A DNA stretch of 64,000 bases from Mantamonas sphyraenae STR306 (GCA_026936335.1 JAPMXV010000058.1:248001-312000); one strand, 5' to 3'. Positions 40,801-53,104 are shown, counted from the stretch's first letter. Notes: generated by a model from the letters alone, not told the origin. Numbers and translations are program-made.

Positions 40801-43176
40801 TGCAACAGGAGCTGAGCGAGCGCAACGACATTGTTTCTCCAGAAGGAAAAGTCCATCTTTGAACTGAAGGCCAAGATCACAGAGCTGGACAAGTACAGGT
40901 ATGTGCTGGACTTCAAGTTGGACGACATGGAGCACCAGTTTGCACCGCAAGAGCGACTGAACACAACTCTCAAGTCGCGCATCAAGTCGCTGGAAAACGA
41001 GCTCGGGGAGTACGGGATGCGACACGACCGCCTGGAGAGTGCGCTTGCTGACAAGCACAGCAAGTTTGAGTCGCTGCACAAGGAGACTGTGCGATGCAAG
41101 AAGCAGCTGAGCGAGCAAAAGCGATATGTGCGCAACTTTCAGCAGGAGCTGCACTACATCTTTTCGAGTGGGATGGCAGGCCCCGAGTGGCGCAAACACC
41201 TTTTGGAATTCTACCACAAGTTTTCGGACCCGGAGCTGCACTCGCAGCATGCACAGCAGGAGGTGGATTCGAGGCAGTTGGAGTTTCAGCGGCAGCGGCA
41301 GTTTTTGCAGCAAAGCCTAAAGGGGACGCGGCGCAAGGCAGACCGCGAGGAGAAGAGGCTGATGGTGGAGCACAGGAAGCAGGTTGTGGAGAATCAGGAA
41401 CTGATTGGCGAGCTGAACAGACTGCGCAAGAACCAGAAGCTGCAGGCGCAGAAAATCAGCCGCCTTCAGGGAGAAAACAAGAGCCTGCAGTCGCGCAATG
41501 CAGAGATGGAACGAGCCATGGAGCGCAGTCGGGAATCATGGATCAAGATGGAGAGGCAGGTGGACAGCGAGTTTGCTGCGTCGGGTGGGTCTGGCAGGGA
41601 AGTGCGCGACGACGGAGATGTAGAGACGACACCAGGCAGTGTCAAGGGGGCTGGAGCTGGGCGTCTGCACAAGGGCTCGGCAAACAAGCTGTGGAGCGAA
41701 GTGTCGCGTGCAGAGCAGGAGAGGATGTCCGAGCTGATCCAACACTTGGACGAAAACAACTTTGCGATGGAACAGCAGCAGATGGAAATCAACCGACTGC
41801 GGGAACAGATTGCTATGATGCTGGAAACCGGGACGCGTGAGCAAGCGGCAGCCCAGGAAGCCGTGGCAGCAGGTTCGCTGGAAAAGATCGATCTGGTGCA
41901 ACTGAGCGGGCAGTCGAGTGGCATGGGAGGCATGCGTGGCACGCGCACGCGCAGCGAATCGCCCGCAAGGTCGCCCATGGGCAGGCTGGGCAGCGGAGGA
42001 CGGCGCATGTTTGCAACGCGCAGCCCGTCGCCCCATGCGGGCAGGGATTCGCCACGTCGCGTGCCTCACAATGTGATCCTGCGCAGCCAACAGCGACTTG
42101 AGGCAAGCAACGCCATGCCCGAGCGCCCTCAAGCGGAGGAAGAGAATGTCGTGGTGGCAAAGAGCGTTGGGCAGACGCCGACACGGACAGACGAGACGCA
42201 GCAGGTGGAGAAGCAGGCCGTTGACACTGCCGCCGAGGAGGGACAGCGAGACGCAGAGCAGGCGGTGCAGAATCAGCCGCGGTCGTTGCGACAGGAGAGC
42301 AACGACGACGAAGAATTTGAAACAGTGCTGCGCATTCCTGTGCAGAGTGGCAGGCAGGAGCTGGACGACGACCATCGTGTTGATCAGGAAGATTCCGAGC
42401 AGAATTACGAGCGCGTTCGTGGAGGATCAGATGCAGGCGTGGATGTGCTGGTGGTGAACGGCGAGAGTGCAAGCACGAGCGTGCGCCCGACTACGGCGAC
42501 GAGCAGTGGGACGTCGTCAACCGTGTCCAGCGTCGACGTGTACGAGGATTCCGAGGGCCAGGAGTCGGAAGACGACGACGCAGACGTGGTTGTGGCTGGG
42601 ACAGTGGCACACGACGACGGCGATGATGACGATGACGATGATGACGATGACATGCCAGCAAACGTGCCCACCGTGCGTGTGGAGAAGAAACGACCCGTGA
42701 CAGCCGGAGGAACTGGAAGGCGGTCTGCCAGACGTCCAGTGGGAGGGACGGGGGCTCATTTGACGTCGATGACATCGCGTGTGGCTCAACCTCCAAAGAG
42801 TGGTGCATCTGGGCTTGCGGCGCGCAAACGCCCGTCCAGCAGCATGGGGCTGCGCAGAGCAGCTGCAGGTGGCCGTGTTGTGCAGGGTGCACGCAAGGCT
42901 TCCTCAAGCTCTTCCGGCTCAGAGGGGCGCCAGCAGCAGCAGCGACAGCAGCAGCAACGGCGTCCGGCGTCCGCAGCCTCGACTTTGTCGGTGGCATCGA
43001 CCGTCGTGCTGGATTTGCATGATTTGGACGAGCAGGGCATGCGCACATCTCGTTCGCAAGGATCACGGCGCGTTGTGAACAGGCTGCCCATGGGGGCAGG
43101 TGGCTTTCAAGCAAACCGCAACGTGGCACGCCCGGCCCCGCGCATGAAGCCCCGCTACGGCTACACAAACCTGTAA
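37820..43176 (+). CDS. CFAP57: Cilia- and flagella-associated protein 57 (WDR65-like): WD40 propellers + coiled coil + long disordered tail; frame break near 40836
   Basis: RRAFGMKTTVPNNVVWVDETTIVYPVGGHIV, ALSANRKYLAVSE, MHPLGYQLVV, KEKSIFELK..ITELDKYRYVLDFKL, ENQELIGELNRLR. Confidence 0.85.
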
Positions 43177-43230
43177 TTGTAATTGGGTCGACGTTCCACA
43201 ATGTATTTCATGACACTCTCCTCCTCCTCC

Positions 43231-46200
43231 TCAGTGCTTCTGGACCTTGATGGCCATGAGTGCATGCACAGTCGGGTGTTTTGCCGAGCCTGCGTTGACG
43301 CATGATTTGCAAGAGCTGTAGCAAGGACACACTGAGCAGCGGTGACGCTTGTGTTGCGCCGTGTCGTAGGACGAGCCACACTCGGTGCACGCCTCCAGCG
43401 ACTGCGGCACAACTTTGCGCATCGAGCTCAAGGGCAGATCGCGAACCGCCCTGACAACACTGTGCTCGCTTGTGTTTGCCAGCAAGTAGAAACCGACCTC
43501 TTCCCATGAGAGCAAGGGTCCAGGCAGGGCCACAGCACGCAGAGTTGCCGGATAGGCCTGCTGCATGCTGTGGAGCCAATTGTGTGCGGTGTCGAGGACA
43601 AAAGTGGCGTGTTGCAGCTTGATCAGCAGACTCTGATCCTTGACAACGCAGCCTGGCTGTTCCAGGAGTTCACGTACACCTTGCAAGAAGGCCACCGCCA
43701 CGGAAGTGGCCACACACTGCCACATGAGCGTGACCTGCTCGTCGACTTCGCCTTCGCTCAGCTCGTCTGCCAGGGTTTGCTCGACGTTGGTCGACCACAC
43801 AAGCAGACGGACCTCGTCCTGGTGCGAACCCACACATTCCATCACCTGCTCCGTCAACTCCCAGTACCCTCCCGAGTGCACCGTGCGAACCAGAGCATCC
43901 GCAGCCAGAACGTAGTCGGAGATCTGCCCGTCGGACAATAGCTCATCGACCCAGCCATCCACCTCATCGTCTGACGATTGATCTTCTCCGTACTCTCCAT
44001 AATCATAATCCTTGTAAGCCTCGTCCTCGTCCTCGTCGTCGTCGTCGTCGTGCGCAAAGAACACGTCATCCGCAAAGTCGCCGTACATGGCAAAGTCTTC
44101 TGCCGCTTCCTCCTCCTCCAACTCCTCTGGTTCCTCCTGCACACGCTTGGACATCTTGCTGGACAGGCGGCCAAAGAACCCACCCCCGCCAGGCCCCGAA
44201 CCAAGTCCACCAAAGGCTCCGCCGCCTCCACCTTTGCCTCCGAATCCGCCTCCACCTCCGCCTCCGAATCCACCCCCATAGGCCTCTGTGGAGCCAAAGG
44301 CAGCTGATGGGGCAGATTGTTCGTTGATCGCGTCCAGCAAGCCCTCCTCGGCGCTCAGCGCGAGCGAGGACATGGACAGATCTCGGCGATGGTCGCTGGA
44401 TGCGCTGATGTCGTTGGAGGACGAATTCTTGTTCTGGAACATGCTGAATGCCGCTTTGTCTGCCTTCTTGCCCTTTTTGCTCTTCTTCTTCTTCTTCTTC
44501 TTGTCGCTTGCGTCCATCGCCTTGAAAAAGGATTTGGACGAGGACGGAGCAGGCGCGGATGGAGGTCCTGAAAACGCGGCAGCGGCTGCAGCCTCTGCGG
44601 GAGGGGGCGGCGGTGCAGGTTGCGACGCCGGCATGGATGCAAGGTTAAGCAGCGACGACAAGTCTTCATCCTGGTCGCTGACGAAGGAGCTGCTCCTGGA
44701 GCTCATGGCCTTGCTGACACTCGAGCTTCGGCTGGAGCTGGACAACTTGCGCAGCTTGGGCGCTGCTGCCCTTTGGCCCGAACGGCTTCCGCCTCGTCCT
44801 TGGCGGGGCGCACCGCGGCGGCCCATCGCTTCGGGCTCGGGTTCGGGTTCTTCATCGACCACCTCCACCACTCGCCCCACTCGCCGTTCCTTGGCTTCCT
44901 CCATCTTCCGTTCTCGCCTCTTCATGCGCCTTCGGGGCTTGGCCACACGTTCTTCCTTCTCCGCCTCCCTTGCAACCTCCTCCCGCTCTACGGCCTCTTG
45001 GACGAGGCGCTGCACCCTCTTGCGCTCCGCCTCTTCAGCAGCCATCTTCTTTTCCTCCATCATGCGTGCAGCTTCTTCTGCAGCCCTGCGTGCCTCGGCT
45101 TCAGCAATCTTGCGTGCCTCTTCCTCGGCGGCCTTGCGTGCCTCCTCCTCTGCAGCCCTGCGCGCTCGTTCCTCTGCAGCCCTTTGTGCCTCCTCCTCGC
45201 GCTCAGACTTTTTGTGTGGCGGCTCGGCCGTCTCCTCAAAGGACATGTAGTCGAGTTCGTCGATGTGTGTGATGAGCTGCGACAGGGGCATGTGCGTCTG
45301 TGGCTGCTCGCCGTCCTTTTCAGCCTGCGTGCGCTTCTCCACCGCCACAAAACTGGTGAACTGCGACAGAATCTGGTAGTGCAGCGACATTTCGATAACC
45401 GACTGCTTCTTCTTTTCCTTGATGGTGGCTGCAAGCACAGGGTCGCGGTGGTAGAATCCGTCCTCCCAGTCGCGAATCATGGCCCGTGCTGCCAACCTGT
45501 GGATCGTGCTGCCCTTGACGTAGCACATCGGATCGGGAATGACAAAGTTGACAAACTCGTTGTCCTTCCACCAAGACACGTCGCCGTAGCGCTCGCGCGT
45601 GACATACTTGCCCACCAGCTCCGCCTGGTTCACATTCTCCACAAAGCCGTACACAATGACGCGTTCGCCGCGAAACACAGAACCCAGATGTCGCGGCGCC
45701 TGTTCAGGCTTCTTGTACGAGTCACACTCCCAGTCCACGTGGATGTCCTTGACAGCCGGCTGCATGGCGCGCGTAAATTGCCTGCGCACCTTGTCCAGTG
45801 AGCGCTGTTTGGGCGTAATAAACTCGTGTGCGCCGCCTCCTGCACGTGCCAAGCTGCGTACATAGTTGCGCGACACTTCTGTGCCCACGCCAAACGTAAA
45901 CAGGCGTGTGTGGTTGCTGTTCTTGTTGACCAGCTCCAGAATGTAGTCTTCGTTGGCCAGCAGTTGGCCATCGGTGAGCAGGAACACGTTGCGAGGACTG
46001 TTGTTACCGTCTGCACTGAGAAACAGTGAGTGCAACGGAAGCCACAGATCCGTTCCTCCCAGATCGGCCTCCATGTTTTCGCAGTACAGCAGAGCTTGGC
46101 CCACATGCTCAGCACTCGCCTCCATGCTGTCCACAAACAGTGAATCAAACGTGGAGCCAAAGCCCATGATGTTAAATCGACAGCCTCGCGGCAGATTGCG

Positions 46201-49185
46201 CAGCAGGAGCTTGAGCACACGGCGAACTTCGGCCATGTTGTCGCCGACCATGGATGCGCTCTGGTCCACGAGAAAGACAAACTCGTGCTGAGTGCTTTCC
46301 TGGAACTCAAACGATGGATAAAATGCAAGCATGACGGCCTGGTGGCCGTCGCGGTCCGATTCCACCCAGATGCGCGGATCGTGCGGGTTCTCCATGCCGA
46401 TGATGAGCTGAAAGTCATCCTGCAGGGCAGCAGGCAGATGCACAGCCTGCACATAGGCCATGGTCATGGTCTTTTTGATCTGCACCGTATGGGAGGGCGA
46501 AAAGAGCTTGTTGATGCGGTAGGGCATGTTGACACTGACGGCAATGTCGCAGCCGCCGACAAGCTTGCCCGACGAAGAGACGCCCACGCTGCTGGTTGTG
46601 CTTTGCAGCACCTGTGCCATGGCTGCCTCTTCGTAGACCTGCGCGACACGGGCCGGGATGGTCAGGGCAATGTCGTCGCCGTCCATGCCCACCTCTGTGA
46701 TGTACGTGATCTTGATGACCACCTGTGCGCCTGCTGGCAGGTTGCCCACAGACACAGTGAACACGTCGGGCTTCTCCGCTTCCATGAGGTAAGCTCCATC
46801 GCCACGCTCGACAGCCTCGCGATAGATCTTGCGTGCCTCTTCCTTTTCCTTGACTTCGGCGACGAGATGCTTGCCGTTGATGAACGCCTCAAAGGCACAG
46901 ACAGCGGACATTTCATCCAGGGGAAAGACATACTTGGCTTCCAGTGTGCTCTTGCTCTGGTTGACGTACTCTTGCAAGACGACGACCTGGCCGACGAAAT
47001 CGGTGACCGAGGCACGCACATCGACCTGACGCAGCGGCACAGCGGCTTGGTTGCCCTGGGCGTCGGTTGTAAACAGGCCAACCTGCTGTGAGGCAGGGTC
47101 GTCGCCGTCGTTTGCAGCTTGGGCCATTTCGTCGGGCAAGCGGCTGTAGGAAGGGTCTGCAGCTTGCGAACCCTTTTTGGTGGGCGCTTGCATCAACTGC
47201 TGCGCGGGTGCAGAGTCGTTGTCGATCTGGATCTCGACGAGATACTGCAGACGTTGCTGACGAGCGGCGTAGATGGCGTACTCTGAGTCGACAAAGTCAC
47301 TGGGTTTGCTCTTGGTGCCGGGCTTGCCATGCACAGAGTGGTAGCCTGAAGGGGCGCGCGTGAGGTCAGGTTCCTCGTCGAGGGTGGGCAGACAGTCGCC
47401 GAGAGCCACTTCGGCAATGGCAACAAAGCGAGAGCCGTCGTGTGTCGCGCTCGTGTACTTGACAGACGTGAGGAATTGGTCGGAGAAGTAGATGCCGGCG
47501 CCGAGGAGGCCGTAGTTTGTGCGCTTACCGCCGAGCTGGGTGACAATGTGGGGCAGAAGCAGGCCACGCGAGAGGACGCCGACCCAATTTGCGGCACCTG
47601 TGCCGTGGAAGAGGGTGCGCTTGTTGTGCAGCTCGTGAGCAAACGTGTCACTCTCAAAGGCTCTGTTGACGGCGTAGATGTTCTTGATACTGAAGGAGTC
47701 GTTGTCCTGGGGCACAGAGTCCCAAATGGTGTCGAGAACCGAGTTGAACTCGGTCGAATTGGGCTCGAGAGCACGAATGTCGCAGTTGAGGGCGTTGTAG
47801 CGGGCATCCAGCTGGCTGGTGCCAAACAGGACGCCACCGACGGTCTCTGTGATGTTTTGGATGTCTTGCATAAGCTGGAGCATGTCCTGCTCGCGAGCAA
47901 AGAGCTCTTCGTCGTTGATGTAGGGGCCGTGCTGGGGTTGGAAGCGGTGTGGAATCTGGCTGTAGTACTTGGACGTAAGCTTTGCCATGCGTTCGACGTC
48001 GGGAGAAGGCTGTTTGCTCTCCTTGTGGAGCTGGAGGAGGGTGGCGCGTCCTGCGTTGATCTGCTGGCTTGTGAGGACGCCCAGCGGGGTTTCGATGAGG
48101 CCTTGGCTTGTGATTTGCACATCGATGACGCTGGCGAGGGCATGTTGAGCCTCACGGTACAAGTGTTCAACGAGCTTGCGGATCGGGGCTGGGAGAGCAC
48201 TGTCGTCGGAGTTCAGTTGGAGGCCGTGGTTGATGCTGTACTCTGAACCGACGGTTTGTGTGATGACGCGCACGCGTTGGTATCCTTGGTTGACACGGCG
48301 CTGGTACTGGTCAGTGTAGACGGCCTTTGCGTGGGCCAGGTTGGCTGGGAAAAGGAACTTCTTGGTCTGGTTCTGCCAGTCTTTGACGGTGCCGTAGTGG
48401 AGCAGGATGCGGTAGGTGCGGTCAGCCTGTGCATCTCGGTTGACGTGGCAATGCAGTTCGATGCTGCTCCAGAAGTATGCTTCACCCTTGCGGACTTGTT
48501 GGAAGAGGTCCCTGCGAACGAGTTCAAAATCGTCGGCAAACGAGGGCAACTCGGGATCGGACGGGTTCCACTGCTCGAGCTGCGAGGGATCAAACACAGT
48601 CGCAGATGATTCTGTGTTGGACGAGTCGTCATTGGTTTCCCAGCTGAACGAGAGGCTGGACGAGGTCGTAGCGCGTGCAGGCTGTGTTTGCGAGGTGGGT
48701 TGGACGTCAGCGGGCTGTACATGCCCCACATTCAGGTGGACAGCGGCACATGGCAAATGAACAAGATCCTACACATACAGGCTGCATGTTTGCGGTGTCA
48801 TAGGGGCTGTGGTCGACGAGGGTGGCCTTGTCGACGCAGGCGCTGATGAATTCGTGGGTGACAACTGGGACGCTGTACGCTCGCGCGGACTCGAGGGTGT
48901 ACGAAAAGTCAAAGTTGGACTCCCAATAGTCACGGGACGTGACCATAAAGTTTGTCTGTGGGCAAGGTATGGCACAGGGCACGGTGAGCTCCGGGGTAGG
49001 TTGGTTTGCACAAAAAACGGGGTCTCGGCTTTGGCGGGAGAGGGCCGACTCACATCCGAGGCGATCATGTAGGAGACGATGCCGCCGTTCTTTTCGATGA
49101 GCGAGCACACGTTCGACTTGAGGGTGGAGTCGTTGCCCACCTCGACGGAGAATTCCAGACCCGAGAAAAGCGCTTTGGTGGTCAT
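43231..49185 (-). CDS. PARP4: Vault poly(ADP-ribose) polymerase (BRCT-WGR-regulatory-CAT-VIT-vWA-C-terminal domain)
   Basis: BRCT (IEKNGGIVS...VPVVTHEFISAC), WGR-like (YRILLHYGTV), regulatory domain (PLGVLT..QI..G; YYSQIPH), catalytic H-Y-E (LFHGT, GAGIYFSD, SEYAIY), VIT (LEAKYVFPL, VGNLP), vWA MIDAS (FLVDQSASM, LLTDG). Two 5' introns. Confidence 0.9.
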
Positions 49186-49377
49186 CGCTTGTCGGTGCGG
49201 GTGTTGGACGAGCATGCGCACGTGGAGAGGAAATCACACTCCCAATGGACATTCAGTTGCAACCAACGAAGCGAATGAATGGTTTGTGTCGATGAAACTC
49301 GCTCCCGCCCAGCCAGATGTCGGATCACAAAAGCCGGAGTCTCGGCGCGGGAGAGGGCCGACCCACATCCGAGGCGA
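49022..49377. repeat. Imperfect ~40-bp direct repeat (49022-49064 and 49339-49377)
   Basis: gtctcggc(tttg)gcgggagagggccgac(t/c)cacatccgaggcga occurs twice. Confidence 0.85.
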
Positions 49378-49497
49378 ACCGTGGTGCAAGGTGCAAAAGT
49401 GTGCAGGGTTGCAGACGTGGTGTGGGGGGGAGATGTTGTCCATGTGGAGCATGCTGCCCCGAGGCCGGCAAGCCAAGCAGGGCAAAAACAACCCCCA

Positions 49498-51145
49498 ATG
49501 TAAGTGCCCCAAGGTCTTCCGTCTTCCTGTCGCGCAAAAGGTGGACCAAATAGCGACGGCAAGCTGACAGTGGGTGGACGCGGCCTGTGTGATGACGTGC
49601 ACAGGAACAAACTGCAGGAATTGTTGGTGACAAAGGCCGAGGTGGACGCCGGCACGGCACAATACATGATGGAACTGACGTTTGAGTTTCTGGAACGCAC
49701 GCTGCCGGGATCGGTGACAGTGGGGGAAATTGAGGAGAAGCTGCGAGCGATCGACGAGCGCGAGGACGATCTGCGTCAGAACCGCCCGAACGCGACTCGG
49801 CTGGATATCATCTTTGAGGATATGATTGAGGCGGAGGAGGACATGCAGCAGCGACTGTGGCAGAGTAACGATGACTCGAGCACTATTGGAGACCTGATTG
49901 CGGAGCTGGTGGAGATCCTGGGCGAGAGTGCTCCTGGAGACGAGAACTGCGCCTCGATCGAGCGGCAAGACTTTCGCGCCGTGCGCTCACTGTGTGCCTT
50001 TTACAAGGATGTAGGTTTCGCGTCGACAGAGTGGATGGGATGTAAAGGGAGGCAGGGTTGGCTGGAGTGGACACGGTCTGCGTTGGGAAAGGGCATCTGA
50101 CACGGGGGTGTGTGAAATTCGTCTTTGGCCCTTTTGGGAACGGCGCCTGGCACACACAGGAAAAACGCCTGGACATCCGCATCAGCATGCTGCAGGCGTT
50201 TGGCATGATTGGGGGTCTGATCCCAGATGCATACCGAGTGATGGTGGACGCAGGTCTGCCCACGTATCTTGCCCGGTCGATCATGCTCGAGAAGGACGGT
50301 AAGCGCCTTGGTGCCCTCCCTGAGCCCTTGTTTTGCAAACCAGGATCTCCGCCTGGCTCGCGCATGAGCATCACCTGACGCACGCGCACGCATACATGCG
50401 ATTGTTCACAGACGAAACTCTGCTCATGTTCGCCATGTTCCTGTCCACCATGCTGTTTACGAGCAAGCGGCTGGCACAGCAAGACAAAGGTGAGTGCCAA
50501 GGCGACACAACAGAGTACAAGCGGGGTTGGAGCAAATGGGCACTCACACGACGCACACTTGTACACACCAATCAATGCTGCACAGAGTTTCTGGACTCGA
50601 CGTTCGTGGACGCCATCATCGACGTGGTGGAGGAGGGCCGCGAGGAAGATGATCCACTGCTGAACGCTGCGTTGAACCTGGTGGTGGCGTACAACACACA
50701 GTACGACTCGGGTGCTGACGACAACGTGGTCCTGGAAACATTTGCAGATGGCAAGGACCGGCCGCTGTTTGAGGAGAACATCTTGCTGATGTTCAACCGC
50801 GGCGAGTCGCCACTTGGGCCCAAACCCGTGCTCAAGTTCTTCAAAGACATGATCACAGACAAGAAAACGGCGTCTTTCTTCTACACAAACGACCTGCGCG
50901 TGCTGATTGACGTCACCCTGCGCGAGATCAAGGACCTGAGCGAGACCGACGAGCTTCGCCTCACCTACCTGGAGATTGTAAAGGGCATGCTGGACAACAC
51001 CTCGTACGACAACCTCATGTACCGCTCCGAAGAGCTCCTGGAGCAGCTGGAGCATTTGGCAGACAGCTCGCCGCTGAAGAACGTGCAGGAAATGGCACAG
51101 CAGATTCTCGACATCCACTTGGATGTGCTGGTGAGCCCTCCGTAA
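49498..51145 (+). CDS. WISH/DIP/SPIN90 (NCKIPSD/Ldb17) family Arp2/3 activator
   Basis: C-terminal signature FFYTNDLRVLIDVTLREIKDL...LRLTYL. Exons joined by GT-AG introns; start AT|gtaagt..cacag|G AAC AAA. Confidence 0.82.
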
Positions 51146-51212
51146 CGGGAGCCGAAAACACGACCAAACGCTGTCAATGAAGGGGCTTCAATCGGTGTTT
51201 AAGTGCAGTCAA

Positions 51213-53030
51213 TCAGACCTCAAAGTCGCTTCCAATGAAGCGTATGATCTTTGCCATTGCCGCACGGGGCACGAGCGTCCAGGCGGCCAACGGCTTGTAG
51301 GGGCAGCCCTCACGTTCAGCAATGCGTGCATTAATCTCTTCGCTGAGGTTCATGAGCAGGAGGAGCTCAAACTTGGTGTTCATGCGCCGGGGCATGAGCC
51401 AGTGAATATCCGGCCTCCAAGTGACGCGCATGCCTTGCAGCTCCAGGCCATACTCCCGGTGGAAGCTTTCCGGGAAGGAATGGTTCCACCAGGCGTCGGC
51501 GAGGACGCGGCATGCCACGGTGTCGCCGTCCTCGAAGCGAAGGAATCGCTTGGGTGGCAGCGGCGTGCCTTGCACCAACAAAAGGTAGAGCATTCGCGGT
51601 CGGCCCAGGGCGCACGCGTACTCCAGAGGGGTGTCTGTACGGGCGCCGAGAAAGGTGGGGCTGAGGCCTCTGTGCAGAAAGTGAACAGCGAGATCCTGGT
51701 TGTTTTTCTCCACGGCCACGTGGAGAGCAGTCTTTGTGTTTGGATAGCTGCTGGCAGATAGGCCAAAGTTCAACAGTCGGATGATGGTGTCGTAGTCGAC
51801 GCGGTCGACGGCGCGCATGAGATCGATGGCGCGAGCTTCGTTGCGTGCGACGACGGATCGGACGGTGTTGAGGAGGCGCTCGGACATTTTGGTGGACGTG
51901 ATGGTGGTCCACAGCAGCAAGTTTGTGCTGCAGGTGCGCAGCCAGTCGGGGATGCAGTCGTCCGTGGCCCGATTGTTGTTGTCCAACCAAAACACCTGGA
52001 GGCCGCGGTTGACGAGGCATGCCTGGCCGAGTACGCTCATGCCATAGTCTGTAAAGTTGTTGCTGCTGAGGTTAAGTACAGAGAGGGTGTTGTTGACCTT
52101 GAGGGTTTCAGCAAAGGCGACGGCAGAGGTGTCGTTGAGGGAGCAACTGGTGAGGTAGAGCTTGTGCAGGCCCGGATTGAGACGTACGGACCAGGCAAAC
52201 TCCTCTGCGGTGGGGTCCCCAATGGGATTGAAGGCAATGTCGACGCTGCGCATGGTGGGGTGGTCGCGAAGGACGAGGGCGAGGGCTACGCCGGTGAGGT
52301 CGGTGAGACGGTTCTCGCGAATGTACAGCTCGGTGAGCGTGGTGCTGTGGCGGACAGCCTCGACGAGTTCGAGGCCAAAGGCGTCTGTGAGTTTGTTTGT
52401 GGTGAGGCGGAGGATCTTGAGGGTGTTGTTGTGGCGGAGAGCCTCGGAGAGTGCAATGCCGGTTGCGTCGCCAATCTTGCTGACGCTGAGGTCGATCTCC
52501 TGCAGAGAGGAGTTGACACGAAGGGCATCTGCGATGAGGAGGCCTGTGTTGTCTGTGAAATAGTTTGTGCTGAGGCGGACGATGTGGAGGGTGTTGTTTA
52601 CGGCGAGGAGGTCGGCAATGGCGACGCCTGTGGGGTCGCGCAGGTGGCAGCCGTCGAGGACAAGCTCGCGGACATGGCGGTCGAGCATGAGGTACTCTGC
52701 GGTTTGCACTCCGTCCACCTCCTTGAGGCGGCCGCCGTAGGTGAGAAGCCAGGTGCGGTTGGTGCGGTCGCTGACGCACTCGGGCAGGGGAGGGGGCTGG
52801 GCGGGCTTGAGCTTGCTGAGGCTGACCCAGCCGCCAGTGGCGAGGAGGCGGCCCTTTTCGACGGTGTTTGTGCGTGAGAGGACGAGCTGGCCTTTGCGAA
52901 CGGACATCTCGCCCGCATTCTTGGCGTGGTAGTTGCTGGTGGAGCGGAACAGATGGAAGTCTGGCTGAGAGGAGGGCTTCCCATCAAGGTCGAGGGATTC
53001 CGACGCCTTGGAGGCGCTGGACTGGGACAT
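51213..53030 (-). CDS. SH3-like + leucine-rich repeat (RI/NLRC3-type) + ankyrin protein, intronless
   Basis: NYHAKNAGEMSVRKGQ...GWV (SH3-like), 28-aa LRRs (ALRVNSSLQEIDLS..IGD), ankyrin motifs TALHVAV and TPLEYAC. Confidence 0.75.
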   Translation of the reverse strand: MSQSSASKASESLDLDGKPSSQPDFHLFRSTSNYHAKNAGEMSVRKGQLVLSRTNTVEKGRLLATGGWVSLSKLKPAQPPPLPECVSDRTNRTWLLTYGGRLKEVDGVQTAEYLMLDRHVRELVLDGCHLRDPTGVAIADLLAVNNTLHIVRLSTNYFTDNTGLLIADALRVNSSLQEIDLSVSKIGDATGIALSEALRHNNTLKILRLTTNKLTDAFGLELVEAVRHSTTLTELYIRENRLTDLTGVALALVLRDHPTMRSVDIAFNPIGDPTAEEFAWSVRLNPGLHKLYLTSCSLNDTSAVAFAETLKVNNTLSVLNLSSNNFTDYGMSVLGQACLVNRGLQVFWLDNNNRATDDCIPDWLRTCSTNLLLWTTITSTKMSERLLNTVRSVVARNEARAIDLMRAVDRVDYDTIIRLLNFGLSASSYPNTKTALHVAVEKNNQDLAVHFLHRGLSPTFLGARTDTPLEYACALGRPRMLYLLLVQGTPLPPKRFLRFEDGDTVACRVLADAWWNHSFPESFHREYGLELQGMRVTWRPDIHWLMPRRMNTKFELLLLMNLSEEINARIAEREGCPYKPLAAWTLVPRAAMAKIIRFIGSDFEV

Positions 53031-53104
53031 GGACCGCGTGTGGGGGGGGGGGGGGGGGTTGCGGCGGGTGGCGCACGACAAGCAAGAGCAGTAGCAACGA
53101 GCGG

